Positions 63,021-64,000 of a stretch of DNA of 64,000 nucleotides are shown here, in pieces. The notes under the pieces are model-generated. The model did no database searches, was not told the DNA's origin, and was given only the letters and a program-made list of their open reading frames with translations. Numbering within the stretch: the stretch's first letter is position 1; every line of letters begins with the position of its first letter. This DNA comes from Phoronis australis (lineage: Eukaryota; Animalia; Phoronida): the NCBI GenBank assembly GCA_002633005.1, contig NMRA01000235.1, forward strand, positions 258,328 to 322,327, in the 5' to 3' direction. Both the position numbers and the translations under genes were made by a program.

Positions 63021-64000
63021 AAATTTCAAACATTTCTCGGTTTTCAGTGACTTACTAACTGCACTGTATTCACAACGGGTGAAGGAATAATTTTGTTTGA
63101 TTTTCGACTAACATGTTTGTTCGGGTTTCCACAATATCGGATAGTGTATATTCTAAAGGCGCTCTCACTTGTGATTTTACATTAAAGAATCTGGGACTAG
63201 TGATTAACACTCAGTGTATTCCAGAGACTAGGACACCAGGGCAATATGACACCCGGACCGGCGGAGGCAACTTCCAGTGACACTGGGCCCCGCCTTACCC
63301 ACTACCCAGCCCGACTCACAACGCCGGGCACAGTGGCACTGCGGGACAAAATGTCAATATAGCTGTAACTGTAGGCTATACAACTAAGGTATTTGGACGA
63401 TTATTGGACAATTCACACACTGCCAATCAGGGGCTACCTCGTTCGGACATAGCCTACATACCGGCGATGACAATTAGTTGCACACGAAGTTAGTGCTCAC
63501 ATGGAGGCGGTATTTAACACTATGAACACAAAAGAATCTGTAAATTCAAGAATTCAAAAAACCAACGAATTCACGGCATGAGACTCTGCACTTTTACGGG
63601 ATGTGGATTTTTTTGTGCACACTTAAACTCGACTTATTGGTCGAACACTGTCACACGGGTCCACCCTTCGAATCACAGCCGTCCTCAGCTTCTGATCGTC
63701 CCCAATACACCGTATATAGGCTATATAAAACTACAACTGAGGTTTGACACTCCGGACTAGAAATTCTGACCATGGGTGCTTCACTTCAGCCGTCCATAAC
63801 AAACATAAAATTCAATAAATTTGCACAAAACAGAGGTTCAACAAACCATGAGGAATTGTTCTTTCTCCCAATACCATGCATTTACGGTGTCCTGTTCCAC
63901 CGAGTTCGCAAGAAATTTGCGGTCAAAGCACAAAAATCTTCTCGAAAAGTTTGTCCGGAGCAACGCCCATGTCACACGCGAAGGGCCAGTACCATAGGCG

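Overview
This is AT-rich, intron-containing DNA from a bilaterian invertebrate (inferred from gene structure and transposon types); it has no prokaryotic features and no CRISPR array. Four protein-coding genes are supported. (1) A 7-exon PTTG1IP/PBF homolog on + (17520-27287, 202 aa), hand-spliced with consistent phases. (2) A convergent UQCR11 (complex III subunit 10) homolog on - (66 aa) that the ORF track misses; its exon 2 appears twice across an assembly gap, and its stop-codon/splice-donor end is amplified as a 94-bp tandem repeat. (3, 4) Two tandem TRIM-NHL paralogs on - (RING, two B-boxes, coiled coil, NHL), each with an uninterrupted CDS; they differ systematically at the predicted ligand-binding loops of all six NHL blades. 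The rest is transposon-derived or repetitive: a decayed Ngaro-like tyrosine-recombinase retroelement with a nested RTEX-like LINE, a solo LTR, L2/CR1-like and HERO-like LINE fragments, a decayed hAT transposase, a 2.3-kb TIR element, several MITEs/foldbacks and many minisatellites. No definitively new system is demonstrable from sequence alone. The best leads are the diversifying TRIM-NHL pair and the UQCR11 splice-donor repeat. All family assignments come from motif recognition, not database searches.
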